Part shown: piece after piece, positions 38,257-53,700 of the stretch | Layout of the letters: every line of letters begins with the position of its first letter | Position numbering within the stretch: the stretch's first letter is position 1 | Assembly: GCF_006345805.1 (NCBI RefSeq) | Contig: NC_043009.1 | Span: 35,588,001-35,652,000, forward strand | DNA length: 64,000 bases | From: Octopus sinensis | Taxonomy: Eukaryota | Direction: 5' to 3' | Notes under the pieces: generated by a model | Told to the model about the DNA's origin: nothing | Databases searched by the model: none | What the model saw: the letters and a program-made list of their open reading frames with translations, nothing else | Program-made: the position numbers and the translations under genes

Positions 38257-39545
38257 CGAGGGGCGTTCAATAAGTAATGCCCCTGACCCACTTCCCATTG
38301 CAGTAGAGCAACGAAACTTGGCACAGTTATTAGTCTTTTCTACATAGGAACCACCCAGAGTTACGCATTTCTCCCATTGTTTGATGCAGCTCTGGAGACC
38401 GTTTTTGTAGAAGACCCCAGCTTGGTCCGCCAACCACGATGTGACTTCAGAAATCAAGGCTGCATCATCTGGAAACGCTTTCCTTTCAAAAAACAACTTC
38501 ATGACTGGGAGGAGGTGAAAATCAGAGGGTGCAAGGTCAGGAAAGTAGGGGGATGGGGGAGGAGTTCATAGCCATACGCCTGTGCTTCTGATATGGCGAC
38601 AAGCGAGTTGTGGACCGGAGCGTTGTTCTGCAGGAGGAGGATGTCTTTGCTGATCTTGCCCCGCCTCTTGATTTTGATAACTTCTCTTAATTTCCTCAAA
38701 AGTGAAGCATAATAGGCTCCTGCAATTGTGGTACCCTTTGCCAGGAAATCTGTCCTCACTACTCCGTCCTGGTCCCAGAAGACTGTGAGCATGACCTTGC
38801 CAGCGGAGGGCTGCACCCTTGCCTTCTTTGGAGGGGGTGAGTCACGGTGCTTCCACTGCATTGACTGGGCTTTGGTCTCTGGATCATCGTGATGGACCCA
38901 GGTTTCATCCTGTTTAATCAGTCTTTTGAAAAATTTTGACTCATCTTCTTGGCACATCTCCAAATTCACCCTCGAGCACTCGACGCGTTCTTGCTTCTGG
39001 AAAGGCGTGAGCAGCCTGGGAATCTATCTGGCAGACACCTTTTGCATATGCAAATGGTCATGAATGATAGTTTCCACAGACCGGTACTAATCTTGACCTT
39101 ATGGGCTATTTGGCGAATAATTATGTGTCGATCTTCCAAAATGGCAGCCTCAACTTGACGGACAGATGTCTCATCAATGGCAGAAGGGGGCGACCAGATC
39201 TGGGAGCTGTTTCCACAGAGTTCCGACCATGTTTGAATTCACGATGCCAGCGTTTTACAAGGTCATATGATGGGACATCATCACCATAAGTTACTTTCAT
39301 TTCATCAAAAGTCTCCCGTGGTGTGCGTCCTTTCAAATACAAAAACCGGATCACTGCTCGACACTCAACAGGCTCCATTTCACACTTGACTCGGTTCAAA
39401 CACCTGTAAATCAGAAACCACAATTAATTCAGAGCTGTAATTTGCCACTTACTCTATAGAGATGTAAATAATTGCACATGCAAAATTTCAGCTAGATCTA
39501 ACAAATGCAAGTGGGTCAGAGGCATTACTTATTGAACGTCCCTCG
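38257..39545 (-). mobile_element. Full-length (1289 bp) mariner DD34D transposon with 36-bp TIRs and TA duplication; frameshifted transposase
   Basis: TIRs cgaggggcgttcaataagtaatgcccctgacccact / cgagggacgttcaataagtaatgcctctgacccact. ATG at 39378 (MEPVECRAVIRFL), QDETWVHH, KVMLTVFWD, QNNAPVH, PDLAPSDF out of frame. Confidence 0.97.
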
Positions 39546-39549
39546 TAAC

Positions 39550-40230
39550 TTGAAAGAAACCAAGCAAATTATCCAAGCCAGAACAGCTCGGATAAAGAGG
39601 CTCAAAAATAGAATGAACTGTTGAAAGACAACAATATGTTCCGCAACAATCCTAAACGTTTTTATAAGTAGATTGCAAAGGCTAATATAACTATTTAGAC
39701 TACACCTGTTATTATGGGACATTTGCTTTCCAATTAGGAATTTTCCTGCACTGATCTCTAATCATCTCCTTGGTTATTCTTAAATCCACCTGCTGATACT
39801 CTCCACTCTCCTCTTTGAGAGCCTTGTTGTTCCTCCTGAGACCATATGTTTGGCCAGAATCATTTACTTTCTACAGCATCCAGCACAGCATTTTTCACCT
39901 TTTTCTTTCCCAACCAGTTCCTGATAGACCCGTTTCTGGCTTTGTTCGAAAAGTCTGCCCATATCTCTTTAAGTTTACGAGCTTTAGCTTTCAACCACTG
40001 TTTTAATTCCTCAATCACAACATTGATTCTCTTTCTCTTCACTCTATACTTCCTCTCTAGTTCAACATATTTCTCTTGCTGAACTTCATTTCTTGTTTTT
40101 TTTTTTCAGTTCTAGAATATTAATATGTTATCTGGTCACATTAACAGACTGCGTTATTCTCCTTTTCCACCATTTTTCCTTCAGGTTATGTTGACATTTA
40201 CCTTTGGCTTTCAAACCTAACTTTCGGGAT
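39550..40230. mobile_element. R4/Dong-like N-terminal fragments in both orientations
   Basis: Plus strand KQIIQARTARIKR..NNMFRNNPKRFY; minus strand IEELKQWLKAKARKLK. Confidence 0.5.
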
Positions 40231-40257
40231 ATATAGATCGAGATTGCAAATTCCTCT

Positions 40258-40740
40258 AAGCCCATTTTTGGGGTAGACTGGCTACCCTACTCGTCACCTC
40301 CCAATTTCTATCCACCTGTAGGTCTGGCCGGAACCAAACCGCAAGCAAATTTACTGCTCCATTCGTCCAGTCCCAACGACTTTTCCGGGTTAAGTTTTGC
40401 TCCTGTCAACTTTTCCTATTCTTCCTATGTGCCGAATACTTTCATTTCTGAGGTGTTCGACACCATTACGATGATGTCTTCCGCATAAACCGAAAGATCC
40501 CTTCTTCGTCCCGGTTCAATCGGGATGCCCTGCAGCAGCTCCAGCTTCCGCAGCAAAGACTCACGAGTCAATACGTACAGAAGGAAGAAGAGAGGACTCA
40601 CTTGACAGACTGATTGGGATATCTAAAACGAGAGGTGGCCATTAACTTTGACCACAGAGCAGATGCCGCTATGCATTGCAGTAATCCAACCTCGGTGTCA
40701 TCTCTGATGCACCTCAGCGCCGCTTCAATATCTACTTGGG
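40258..40740 (-). mobile_element. Old decayed Tx1/L1-clade RT fragment, same family as 42007-44056
   Basis: WITAMHSGICSVVKVNGHLS, LYVLTRESLLRKL, SVYAEDI, TGAKLNPEKS, WFRPDLQVDRNW; stops and frameshifts. Confidence 0.85.
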
Positions 40741-41229
40741 CCATTAAAGCCGCTCTTTTCACCTCTGCTGAGATCCACCTGAAAAGCGTCGTTCTTTTCT
40801 CCACTGCTTCAATTACCTCGGACGGAATAGTTAGGTTGGACCAAGTTTGTTCTTGTTTAATCATTTCCATGCATTGTTATTGTTTAATCAGTTTCAGCAT
40901 TTCATCTCTGCTTGTGAGGTCCACGGTGAAGAGTTGCTGCTTTTGCGCTGCTGCTGCCGTGAACGTGCTTTTGTTGCTGGTAATGTTCTCGTTGTTGTTG
41001 ATGTTGCAGCTACTGCTGCCCTGCCGCCGCCGCCGTTGTTTTCGATGTTCTCGATTTCGTTGGTTTTCTTGCTGTTGTCACTTTTGCTGTTGTTGCCATC
41101 GTTGCTATCTCTTTCGTTGTTGTTGTTGCTAACACTGCTACTTCTGCTGCTGCTGCTATTACTGTTGCTACCGCTGCTGTTGTCACTGCTACCGTTGTTG
41201 CTCTTACTGCTACTACTGATGTTACTTAC

Positions 41230-41386
41230 GAGGTAGACGTGGAACTGTTACAGTCTCGTTTTTCTCCTCCCCTTTTGTATTGTTGCCAGTAACAGAGGGA
41301 AGCGGAGGAAGCTTTTCAGCAGTCCCCAGGTTCGTGAGAGTGACAGTTTTCTTTTTTCTCAACTCCTTCGAGACGCGCTGTGCCAT
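41230..41386 (-). CDS. Putative first coding exon of an unidentified host gene (MAQRVSKELRKKKTVTL..TVPRLP; 52 codons + 1, phase-1 intron)
   Basis: ATG in good context (ACGATGG); non-repetitive open sequence; canonical donor CTC|GTAAGT at 41229-41224; no TE motif recognised. Confidence 0.5.
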
Positions 41387-41462
41387 CGTGTTGAGGTGTT
41401 TGATTAAATCAAATTCCGAGGGCCGAATATAGCCTCTTGAGGAGATAACTAACAATAGAAAA

Positions 41463-41497
41463 CCAATGACAGGTTCCTGGTAGTTTCTATGGACAAC
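41463..41497. promoter_or_regulatory. CCAAT box plus RFX X-box-like motif upstream of the putative first exon
   Basis: CCAAT at 41463-41467; GTTTCT-ATG-GACAAC at 41483-41497 fits GTHNYY-N3-RRNAAC. Confidence 0.3.
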
Positions 41498-41605
41498 CCG
41501 GATAAAATAAATAATGCATAAAAGCACCAAACCGGTTTAAATAAATGTTTTAAACTGCACCAATCTGAAGCGCTTGAAAACACGACCTATGTATTCCGCA
41601 GTGAA

Positions 41606-41673
<68 letters not shown>

Positions 41674-41867
41674 TAATAAAATAATAATAGGGTTGGTTCA
41701 ATATATATATAAATGACTTAATAGATAAATATTGAAAAGTACGTCTTCATGAATATCTACGTAGAAGTGTACAAGAACGTCTCATATTCAGACAAGCAAC
41801 ACCCACACACACACACACACGGGGACACACATACATACACACAGACAAACTCACACTCATATACACA

Positions 41868-41876
41868 GATAGATAA

Positions 41877-41969
<93 letters not shown>

Positions 41970-42006
41970 TAGATAGATAGATAGATAGAAGATAGATAGA
42001 TAGATA
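41868..42006. repeat. (GATA)n/(GACA)n tract at the 3' flank of the Tx1 element
   Basis: Direct reading. Confidence 0.95.
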
Positions 42007-44497
<2,491 letters not shown>

Positions 44498-44684
44498 ACA
44501 TATGTGTCTAGGAGTGTATGCGTGTCTAATATTGTGTAGTAATGAGTATACGGCAATTACTGTACTGATTTAAACCACTGGCACAGTTTGGGATATCTGA
44601 TGTAATCCACAGTTGGGGTATATTACCTGTGTATCTGCTTCAGGAATTCCGGAGTGTTAGTTGAGATAATAATCGATTAAGTAA

Positions 44685-44954
44685 ACAGCACATGGAATTG
44701 CCATAACATTTTATTTTGTACGACGATCGTTTCGACCCAACCTGCGGCCGGAGTCAGATACATACATACATACATACATACATGCATACATACATGCATA
44801 CATACATACATGCATACATACATACATACATACATACATACATACATACTACATACATACATACATACATAGAGTGTGTGTCGCTGAGCACGGCATCCCA
44901 CCTAAAAAGGACAGTTACAGGACGGGTCGAAACGAACATCGGACAAAATAGAGT
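44685..44954. mobile_element. Small non-autonomous element with ~40-bp asymmetric inverted repeats and an internal (CATA)n
   Basis: Inverted repeats at 44706-44745 and 44917-44954; second copy inverted at 50270-50447. Confidence 0.8.
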
Positions 44955-44995
44955 TATACCAATGCCATCATCATCTGTTTACTTAATTATATAAT

Positions 44996-45042
<47 letters not shown>

Positions 45043-45847
45043 GTACATATATACATACAAACATACATACATATATGTGTAGGTGGGTGTTATGGGACAG
45101 ACAGACAGACAGACAGACAAGGAGAGCGTGTGTGTGTTTGTGTGTCTGTGTACATACATATGTATGTAGTATGTATGTATGTATGTATGTATGTATGTAT
45201 GTATGTATGTATGCATGTATGTATGTATACATGAATTAAAGAGTCTTTAATCATCGTCTACTTTACTTTTTCTCCTATCGAAAGGATTGGAAAAGAGAAG
45301 CGTAACAATATATAAGAAAATACTTTCTCACACAAAACAAAATATGATTAATCGATGGTGCATCATCGTTTGATAATTTTCCAAAATATCTGTCAGCGAT
45401 TTTCCTATACGTTACTTCGCTCTTTATTCGTGATGTTTTTTTTTTTGTTTTTTTTTTTCTAATAAATCATTGAATGCGTTGAAATATTGCTTTACTACTT
45501 TTCAGAATATGGCAAAATGTCATGTTGGGCACAAAACGTCTTTGATATTAGTTCTTTAGAAATTGCTACAGAAATAGCAATGGAATTATCTTCACAAATA
45601 CACCAGTCTTAATATTTTGTTTTTGTCTAAAACTGCAAAATGCTCCCATAAAAAATTATATCTCACTATATATAGATTATTCATCGGAAACTTCAAGATC
45701 AAAGTAAATAGTCAAGATGAAACTCCTAATAAAATATGTACACACTGCTTTGTATATTAGTACTTCGTTTGTAAAGACAAACTTTCTTTAATCCACACAC
45801 ACATGACAAACGGTATATATAACGTATATAATACCAATATCGATATA

Positions 45848-45885
<38 letters not shown>

Positions 45886-45902
45886 ATATATATATATATA
45901 TA

Positions 45903-46075
45903 TTCAGGAAATTCACAAAAATATAAACGACGTAGTCGGGTGCTGTAGACAATAAACAGATGTATTAGTATAACGCTCGGGAAGTGAAAAAATCTTTAAC
46001 ATTTCGAACCTACGCTTTTCCACAGAAAGGAACACAGAAAAAAACAAGGAGAGAAAATAAAGAATGTGTAGTGAC
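45903..46075 (-). mobile_element. Penelope-type terminal repeat with a decayed hammerhead-like motif (CUGUGGA family)
   Basis: Minus strand ttt CTGTGGA A AAGC gtag GTTC GAAA TG TT aaag; homologous to 51948-52125; (TA)n at its 3' end. Confidence 0.7.
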
Positions 46076-46094
46076 TATATATATATATATAGTA

Positions 46095-46310
46095 TAGTTT
46101 ACTTGTTTCAGTCATGGGACTGCGGCCATGCTAGGGCGCGCCTTCAGGAATTTTCAGTCGAATGTACCGACACCAGTACATTTTTTTATATATAAGTCTC
46201 GTACTAATTCTATCGGTATCTTTTGCACAACCGCAAAGTTACAGGGACGTAGACACAACAACACCGGCTGTCAAGCGGTGGGGGGAACAAACACAGACAC
46301 ATATCAGACA
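46095..46310 (-). mobile_element. Family B SINE tail (matching head remnant at 46800-46890)
   Basis: tttacttgtttcagtcat..ctgcggccatgct..ttctatcggt.tcttttgc..acaaacacagacac. Confidence 0.85.
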
Positions 46311-46340
46311 CACACACACACACGCACACACACACACACA

Positions 46341-46413
<73 letters not shown>

Positions 46414-46479
46414 TATATATAACTTAGATATGTTTCTACTAAATATTGGTTCAAGCCTTGTCTAATTTAATAGCAATAT

Positions 46480-46760
46480 CTGATAGGATTAGCTAAATCT
46501 TGGTCCATTCAAGTAGGGAGTGCTAGTTGAGCGTACTGTATTCAAGAAATTTGTCCAGATTCCGTTTAAAGGTGATGCGATCCTTTTCTTCTTTGATCTA
46601 TTTCAGGACAATGTTAAATAGGTCAGTGCCTGTTGAGGAAAAGAAATTGTGTTGCAGTATATTTATGTATTGTGAGCCTGAATTGGGTTGGGGAAGTATG
46701 GCCCGTGGTCCTAGCATTGGATGAATTTTGAAGCTAATGTTGATTGAGGTCGTTTGGGCA
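46480..46760 (-). mobile_element. CR1/L2-type LINE 3' fragment
   Basis: LFNIVLK*IKEEKDRITFKRNLDKFL resembles LFNxLP..FKxxLDKFL. Confidence 0.6.
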
Positions 46761-46959
46761 ATATATTTGGTATAATCTCCACATCGTGCAAATATTAGAT
46801 GACACTTGCACAAGGTGTCAAGCAGCAGAATTGAACCTGGGACCATGTGGTTGGGTAGCAAGCTTCTCCTCACACAGCCATGCCTGTGCCAAACGCACAA
46901 TCCTGCAATATGTGAAAGTGCTGACATTCTCATCTTTTATCTCTTTTCACAACTACCGA

Positions 46960-47565
46960 TATTACTCAGAAACACATCCTCTTTGGATAGAGGCAGATAA
47001 TTAACAAGACAGGGGCAAGGTAATGGTGTGGTGTGGAATTTGGCACCGTCAAGTAATTGGACCATTTTACTCCGAGGGCTCTGTGGAAAGTGGTTCGTAT
47101 CTGAACATGCTTGACAACATGATGATGCTTCATGTGCATTCACTTGGAGGAGACAATCCTGTCTGGTTTCGACAAGATGGGGCTCCGCCTTATAATGCAT
47201 TACGGGTTCAGAATTTTCTGAATGAACATTTTCCAGGGAGATAGCTCAGGCTTCCCAGACCAATTGAATGGACACCATGGTCACCAGATTTAACACCCAT
47301 GGACTTTTTCTCCTGGGGCTAAATTAAATCCCTTGTGTATTCTCTAAAGATTCGTGACCAAGGACATCCTTTTCAAAGAAGCATGTGAACGAGTCAACAG
47401 AAATGAAGAGCTATTTGAGAGGGTTCGTCGCAATTTCAAATTCCATATGAACATTTGTTTAGAGCTACATGGCCAACACTTTGAACATTTGAAATTGAAT
47501 ACCTACTACATGACTAATAAACCATACGCGATATTTCCCATTGTGTGTGGCTTTATGGCCACCTG
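46960..47565 (+). mobile_element. Tc1/mariner-superfamily 3' half (WPPRSPDLTPxDFFLWG type)
   Basis: VMVWCGIW..IGPF, WFRQDGAPPY, WTPWSPDLTPMDFFSWG; terminus ..tatggccacctg|ta. Confidence 0.85.
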
Positions 47566-47567
47566 TA

Positions 47568-47602
<35 letters not shown>

Positions 47603-47940
47603 GATGGAGATAAGATAAAAGATAAGTATTTTGAAGAACTGAGTGAAAAAGTGAATTGTGAGTTAAGTGAATGAACGAGAATATAAGTGTGTCACTTTGA
47701 AGCTGTCCCGTTCTGTTCTTGTAGATATTATCATTTGTCAATATATTTGCCACTAATGTATTTTCGTATGTATATTGTTGCATATGTGTATAGATTTATA
47801 TGCACTACAATGAGTGTCTAAATGTGTAAAAAAATTCTATAGATATACACATGCATTTATATACATACGAGTATTAGCACTTAGATATGTACATGAATAT
47901 ACACTAATACCCATATTTATAAGACCTATATATATATATA

Positions 47941-47995
<55 letters not shown>

Positions 47996-48646
47996 ACAGT
48001 TAGATGCAGAATCCACGAAAACTGGTCATCTTCTGCTTCTCCAAAAGTCAATCCATAAAAACTGCGGAAGAAAAATAAATTATACTGAGTTGATTTCCCT
48101 TGAGGAGGGAAGTCGCAAAATCTTGACATTTTTTCTTTCGAATACCGTATAGAGTTATGTGTGTGTGTTTGCATGTGTGTGTGTACGTGCGTGTGCGTGT
48201 GGGGGAGAATGTGTGAGTGTGTGTGAGTGTGTGTGCATATTTCATTTATATATGCTTGTATGTGGGTAGAAGTATATATGCTATATATATATGCTATATA
48301 TATATTTATGTACAAAAGACTTTTATGTATACAAATCAGTCAAACAATTACTTGAACTAGTGTACGTGTATCATGCAAAAGATGATATTCGCTGCAATGT
48401 TGATGTCACAAATACTCCTTTACTGTTTCCTGTGCTTCTTTTAGCCATTTGAACTGCACCTATACTGCGACGCAGTCTTAGGTGAGTGAGTAACATTTTT
48501 AGAACTTTTAAGGCAAAACCATATAACTGGCTATCGTTACATACATATATTGAATATATGCTCAGTATGTGACCATCAGCTGCAAATAGATTTATGAAAT
48601 TTTATTTCGAAATCGATCGTAAAGTATGGCTGTTATGCCCATGTAA

Positions 48647-48920
<274 letters not shown>

Positions 48921-49039
48921 CTTTTATACTATTTCAGTTTTACATATCTAAAAGTGAAAAAATATAATCTCTATTGTAGTGTGAGATAATACTTTCTGTT
49001 TTGATAATGTCAGTAATAACTTCAGAATTAATACTGAAA

Positions 49040-49187
49040 CTATTATCTCATTTACATATATGCAATGACGCGCGCACACACACACATACACATAACACAC
49101 ACACATACATACACACGCACACACGCACACACATATATATATATACATACCTGTATATATGTGTACATGAATCTACACATATATATG

Positions 49188-49254
<67 letters not shown>

Positions 49255-49340
49255 GTATATATGTATGCATATATGTGTACATATTTGTATATATATATGC
49301 AAAAATATATGTATGCATGTATATATGATATATAGATATG

Positions 49341-49392
<52 letters not shown>

Positions 49393-49790
49393 TATATATA
49401 TATATGTATACGTATATATGTATATGTATAGATGTATATATATATAATATATTTATATATATGTATTTATGTATGAATATACATATTTATGCATATATAT
49501 ATATATTTATGTGTATATATATATATATGTTTGTGTGTGTACATATATATGTATATATATATATATACAGATGTATATTTATTGATGCATATGTATAGAT
49601 GTATATGTATGGATGAATATGTATATATGCATATATATCGATGTATATATATATATATATATAGATTTATATGTATATGTATGTTTATATATATATATAT
49701 ATGTATGTATATGTATGTATATGTGTGTATATATATACCTATATATATGTATATATACATATATATGTATATGTATGAAAGAAATTATAT
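49040..49790. repeat. Long degenerate (TA)/(TATG)/(CA) microsatellite block
   Basis: Direct reading. Confidence 0.95.
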
Positions 49791-50019
49791 AGCAACATAA
49801 AAAATAAAAACTGTAATCCATTTTAACATCTAATCTCATCCATTGCATAAATGTGAATGAAATTTTTAAACTGTGATTGATAAGTTAAATCATATATTGA
49901 TTATTTCTATACAAGCTTCCATACCTGTACAAATTTATATAAGTAAATTAAAAGATAAAGTATGAAGAAACTACCTAAAGGCCGAACCGAACTCATATTC
50001 ATCCATTAAAATATATGCA

Positions 50020-50520
50020 TATGACCATGGGTGCATTTAAGAGGTTCTCCCTCGGGGCACAAGTCTGGGCGAAAAGTCACTCACCGACGAACGCACAAAC
50101 CAGGGTTGATTTTATGGAGGACCAGCACCATACCAACCTCCCCTCCCATGCCACTGATGTTATCCAAGGGAAAGGCAAAGGCCGACACCGCTTGGTACCA
50201 GTGACGTCGAAACACATGTCTACAGCCGAGTGAAATGGAGCAACGTGAAATAAAGTGTTTTGCTCAAGAACTCTTTATTTTGTCCGACGTTCGTTTCGAC
50301 TCGTCCTGCAACTGTCCTTTATATGTGGGATGCTGTGCTCAGCGACACACACTCTATGTATGTATCTATCTCATGTGACTCAGGCCGCAGGTTGGGTCGA
50401 AACGATCGTCGTACAAAATAAAGAGTTATGGCAATTTCATCTGCTGTAACCCGGTCCGGGAATCGAAATCACAACATCACGATCGTAAGCTCGACGCTCT
50501 AACCACTGAGCCATGCACCT
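50020..50520 (-). mobile_element. tRNA-derived CORE-like SINE (family C) interrupted by the inverted-repeat element
   Basis: aaatggagcaacgtgaaataaagtgttttgctcaaga[insert]cccggtccgggaatcgaa..ctctaaccactgagccatgc. Confidence 0.8.
50270..50447. mobile_element. Second copy of the asymmetric-IR element (short microsatellite)
   Basis: actctttattttgtccgacgttcgtttcgactcgtcctgc ... gcaggttgggtcgaaacgatcgtcgtacaaaataaagagt + tatggcaatttcatctgctgt. Confidence 0.82.
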
Positions 50521-50532
50521 TAACTTATATAC

Positions 50533-50538
50533 CTATAT

Positions 50539-50600
<62 letters not shown>

Positions 50601-50609
50601 GTAATTGTT

Positions 50610-50649
<40 letters not shown>

Positions 50650-50684
50650 CAGCAGCAGCAGTAGTAGTATTAGTAGTAGTAATT

Positions 50685-50719
<35 letters not shown>

Positions 50720-50720
50720 T

Positions 50721-50765
<45 letters not shown>
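50533..50765. repeat. (TAG)n microsatellite
   Basis: Direct reading. Confidence 0.97.
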
Positions 50766-50766
<1 letters not shown>

Positions 50767-51947
50767 CTGGGTTTTATGTTGGTGAAAGTAGAGAGGGGGG
50801 CTGATCATGACTACCTGTAAGGTTAATTGTATAGATGTATTTTAGATTTTATGTTCTGGACTTATCAACTAAGTTCCATACGTCTTACACAACCAAGAAC
50901 GCAGCTCTAAAATGTTTGTTTTAAATTTTTTCTCAATCAGTCTTAATAATTTGCCTTGCGTTTCGATGAATAAAAATGTTATGGAATACATATGGCTTTC
51001 TCTTAAACATATGTATATGCATCTATATCGATACATATATTCCTATCCCTATATGATATAAGATGCAACGCATATTACACTGACAGGTTTTGGCAGATGC
51101 AGTTTTCAAAAACAAATAATAATAATCAAATAAATAAATAAAATAAAAATATCTAAAATCTATCTTTTACTTTCAGTATTTTTTCACCGAAATATGCTTC
51201 ATGAAGAAATTCTTTTTTTTTTCTCTCTTGAGTCTTCTCAGCCTTCATTCTAAAGTGACACCATCACGTTGTAATCCTTTAGATGTACTTTTCGGTGGGG
51301 ATGAAGCATAACATAATACCTCTCTCTATATAATTTCTTCGCATATTGATTTTATTTAGGCCTTTTTTCCTTGTGTATCTGCGTGAGTATGTTCCTGTGT
51401 GGATATGTTGGTGCGAGCCTGTTCATCATTTTGAGTGAAAGACTGATAAATTATTCTGTGTGCATAACTTTACCCATAATCTCATTGGTTGTAAAAAAAA
51501 GTCTCTTCATAAATATATTTTACACAAGTGTTTTAGTCACGTATGCATGTGTTGAAAAAGGGCTGCCGCACCACTTTATTTTCAGTGTTATTCAACTCAC
51601 TACTTATTAAGATATAGTTTATAATCAAAATATAAGTACGCAAGCACACCCTCCACACACACCCTCACACAAGCATATCTCTATGCATATACATGCATAT
51701 CTCTATGCGTAGATCTATGCACACGATAGTGTGCTAAAATGTTTTGGTTTTAAGGGTATCGCAAAAGACCTGGTTGGAAGCCCAACCTTGCGAGTTCTTT
51801 TACAGGGATTAGGAAAACTGAAGCAACACTGGAGTAAGTGAGTGTGAATCTGAGAAGAGGAAAATGTCGAGTAAAATCATAATTAATTGATCCTCTTGTA
51901 TTTTCTTTTATCTAAAGAAGCCATTCAGTTCCACCTTATATATATAT

Positions 51948-52125
51948 ATACAGGGAAAGTTTACGAAAATAAACAAAAGACGAAGGCAGGTGGTGTGCAA
52001 ACAAACAAATGTATTAGTATAGCGCTCAGGAATAGAAAAAGTATTTTACGTTTCGAGCCTACGCTCTTCCACAGAAAATAATAAAAGAGAAACAAGGAGA
52101 GAAAAAAATGCGTGTAGTAAGAAAA
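51948..52125 (-). mobile_element. Penelope-type terminal repeat with a hammerhead-like motif (CUGUGGA family)
   Basis: Minus strand 52077-52044: tttt CTGTGGA A GAGC gtag GCTC GAAA CG TA aaat; (TA)n at its 3' end. Confidence 0.72.
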
Positions 52126-52196
52126 ATACGAAAAAAAAGAAAGTGAAAACGAAAGGGACAGTTTTACGAAAAGTTCAAAAGTTTGTAGACGTCGTG

Positions 52197-52237
<41 letters not shown>

Positions 52238-52239
52238 TA

Positions 52240-52290
52240 TTAACAGAGATACTCGGCCTTGCTCGGGATTAAAATGGCATAGTTTCTTTG
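52240..52290 (-). mobile_element. Degenerate Helitron-like 3' terminus (hairpin + CTAG-like)
   Basis: Minus strand atcccgagcaaggccgagtatctctgttaat. Confidence 0.4.
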
Positions 52291-52500
52291 TTTCACTTGT
52301 TTCAGTCATGCGACTGCGGCCATACTGGAGCACTGCCTTAGGTCGAAAATATCGACCACAGGATATATTGTTTGTAAGATTAGTAGTTATTTTATCAGTG
52401 TCTTTTGACGAACTGCTAAAGTTATGGGAACGTAAACACAGCAACATCGGTTCTTAAGCAATGGTGGGGGTACAAACACAGACACACACACACAAATATA
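52290..52500 (-). mobile_element. Family B SINE tail
   Basis: cttgtttcagtcatgcgactgcggccatactggagcactgcctt..gaactgctaaagtt..acaaacacagacac. Confidence 0.85.
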
Positions 52501-52538
52501 CATACATATACGACTTTCTTCCCTCTACACACATATAA

Positions 52539-52593
<55 letters not shown>

Positions 52594-52827
52594 TATATAT
52601 ATATATACATATATATTCTGATATATACATATATGTATACACACACATATCCATATGTACATATATATACGCATATATATATACATACATATACATATAT
52701 ATATATATATACATACATACATATATATATGTAGAAAATCACCCCATTTTGAATTATATGGATAATAACATACTAAATTCTGGTGCCTTTAACTTAAGTA
52801 CCATATTCAACTAAATATATATATATA

Positions 52828-52867
<40 letters not shown>

Positions 52868-52929
52868 GGCTAATACTTCTTTTTTCCGAGCTGGGATTCG
52901 AAACCAAATCTAAGGACAAAACAGACAAA

Positions 52930-53700
52930 AATGATGGATTGTTTCCCTTCCGCAGCCGCGTTATTTAAGGTTCAAGGTATACCTCTAGGTATTCTTTAGG
53001 GCGTGCCAGCCCAGCTGATTTGGGGCTGTATGGAAGGTCATCAGGAAGAGAATGTTTCCTGACGAGCTCACTTCCAGCACGTAGAATATCACATTCTTCG
53101 CTTTTCAGCACTAAGTTAATGTATTCATTTTTGCGGCTATTGTTTATCAAATGTTGTCTAAGAGAGACTATGCAATATTCGAAGGCTGCTTGCACTGATT
53201 TTCAAGCGTCTACCTCCTTTATCTCTTCATAGGTAGAGTCGGCCAATATTACCATTTCTGTAAAAATTTCCAGTTGATGTTAGAATATTGCGGGTTTTAA
53301 TGTCTACGGAGTGGATTTCTTCTGCACACTAGTTTGGGTATCCCAAATATTGGAATCAGCATTGGTACTGCAAATGCGTTATGGGACATTGTCTTGTTGT
53401 GAGAGGAGAGTTCAGACTGCCATATTTTTCTTAGTCTGATGTAATATTCTTGAGCAAGTCTATCTTTATTCACACTACTTTCGTTTCATATATTTTCCTC
53501 AATGCCTAGGTAATTGTAACATTCTTTTTGTAAGGCAGGAGAGATAGTGAGACCATTGATGCACAGGTTCTCTATCTGGGGGGGTTGATTTTTCCCATTC
53601 AACAATCAAATAAGAAAATTTCTTCTGGCCAAATTCCATTAACTATGTCAGCTGAAAATATTGTTAACTTCAGCTGTTTTTTTTTTTGGCATTGCTAACA
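52930..53700 (-). mobile_element. Decayed R4/Dong-like LINE fragment
   Basis: Minus strand IGRLYL*RDKGGRRL..SLRQHL; upstream YNYLGI-like segment. Confidence 0.7.

Noticed and set aside
40598-40870. 90-aa ORF with an apparent GTGAGT donor at 40601
   Set aside because: An alternative frame gives Tx1 RT motifs (WITAM..VNGHLS..CQG); the donor falls in a decayed QGCPLS segment.
50380-50415. Complete hammerhead in the IR element
   Set aside because: GAAAC-GAUC-GUC and a stem II candidate are present, but there is no CUGANGA-like core upstream.
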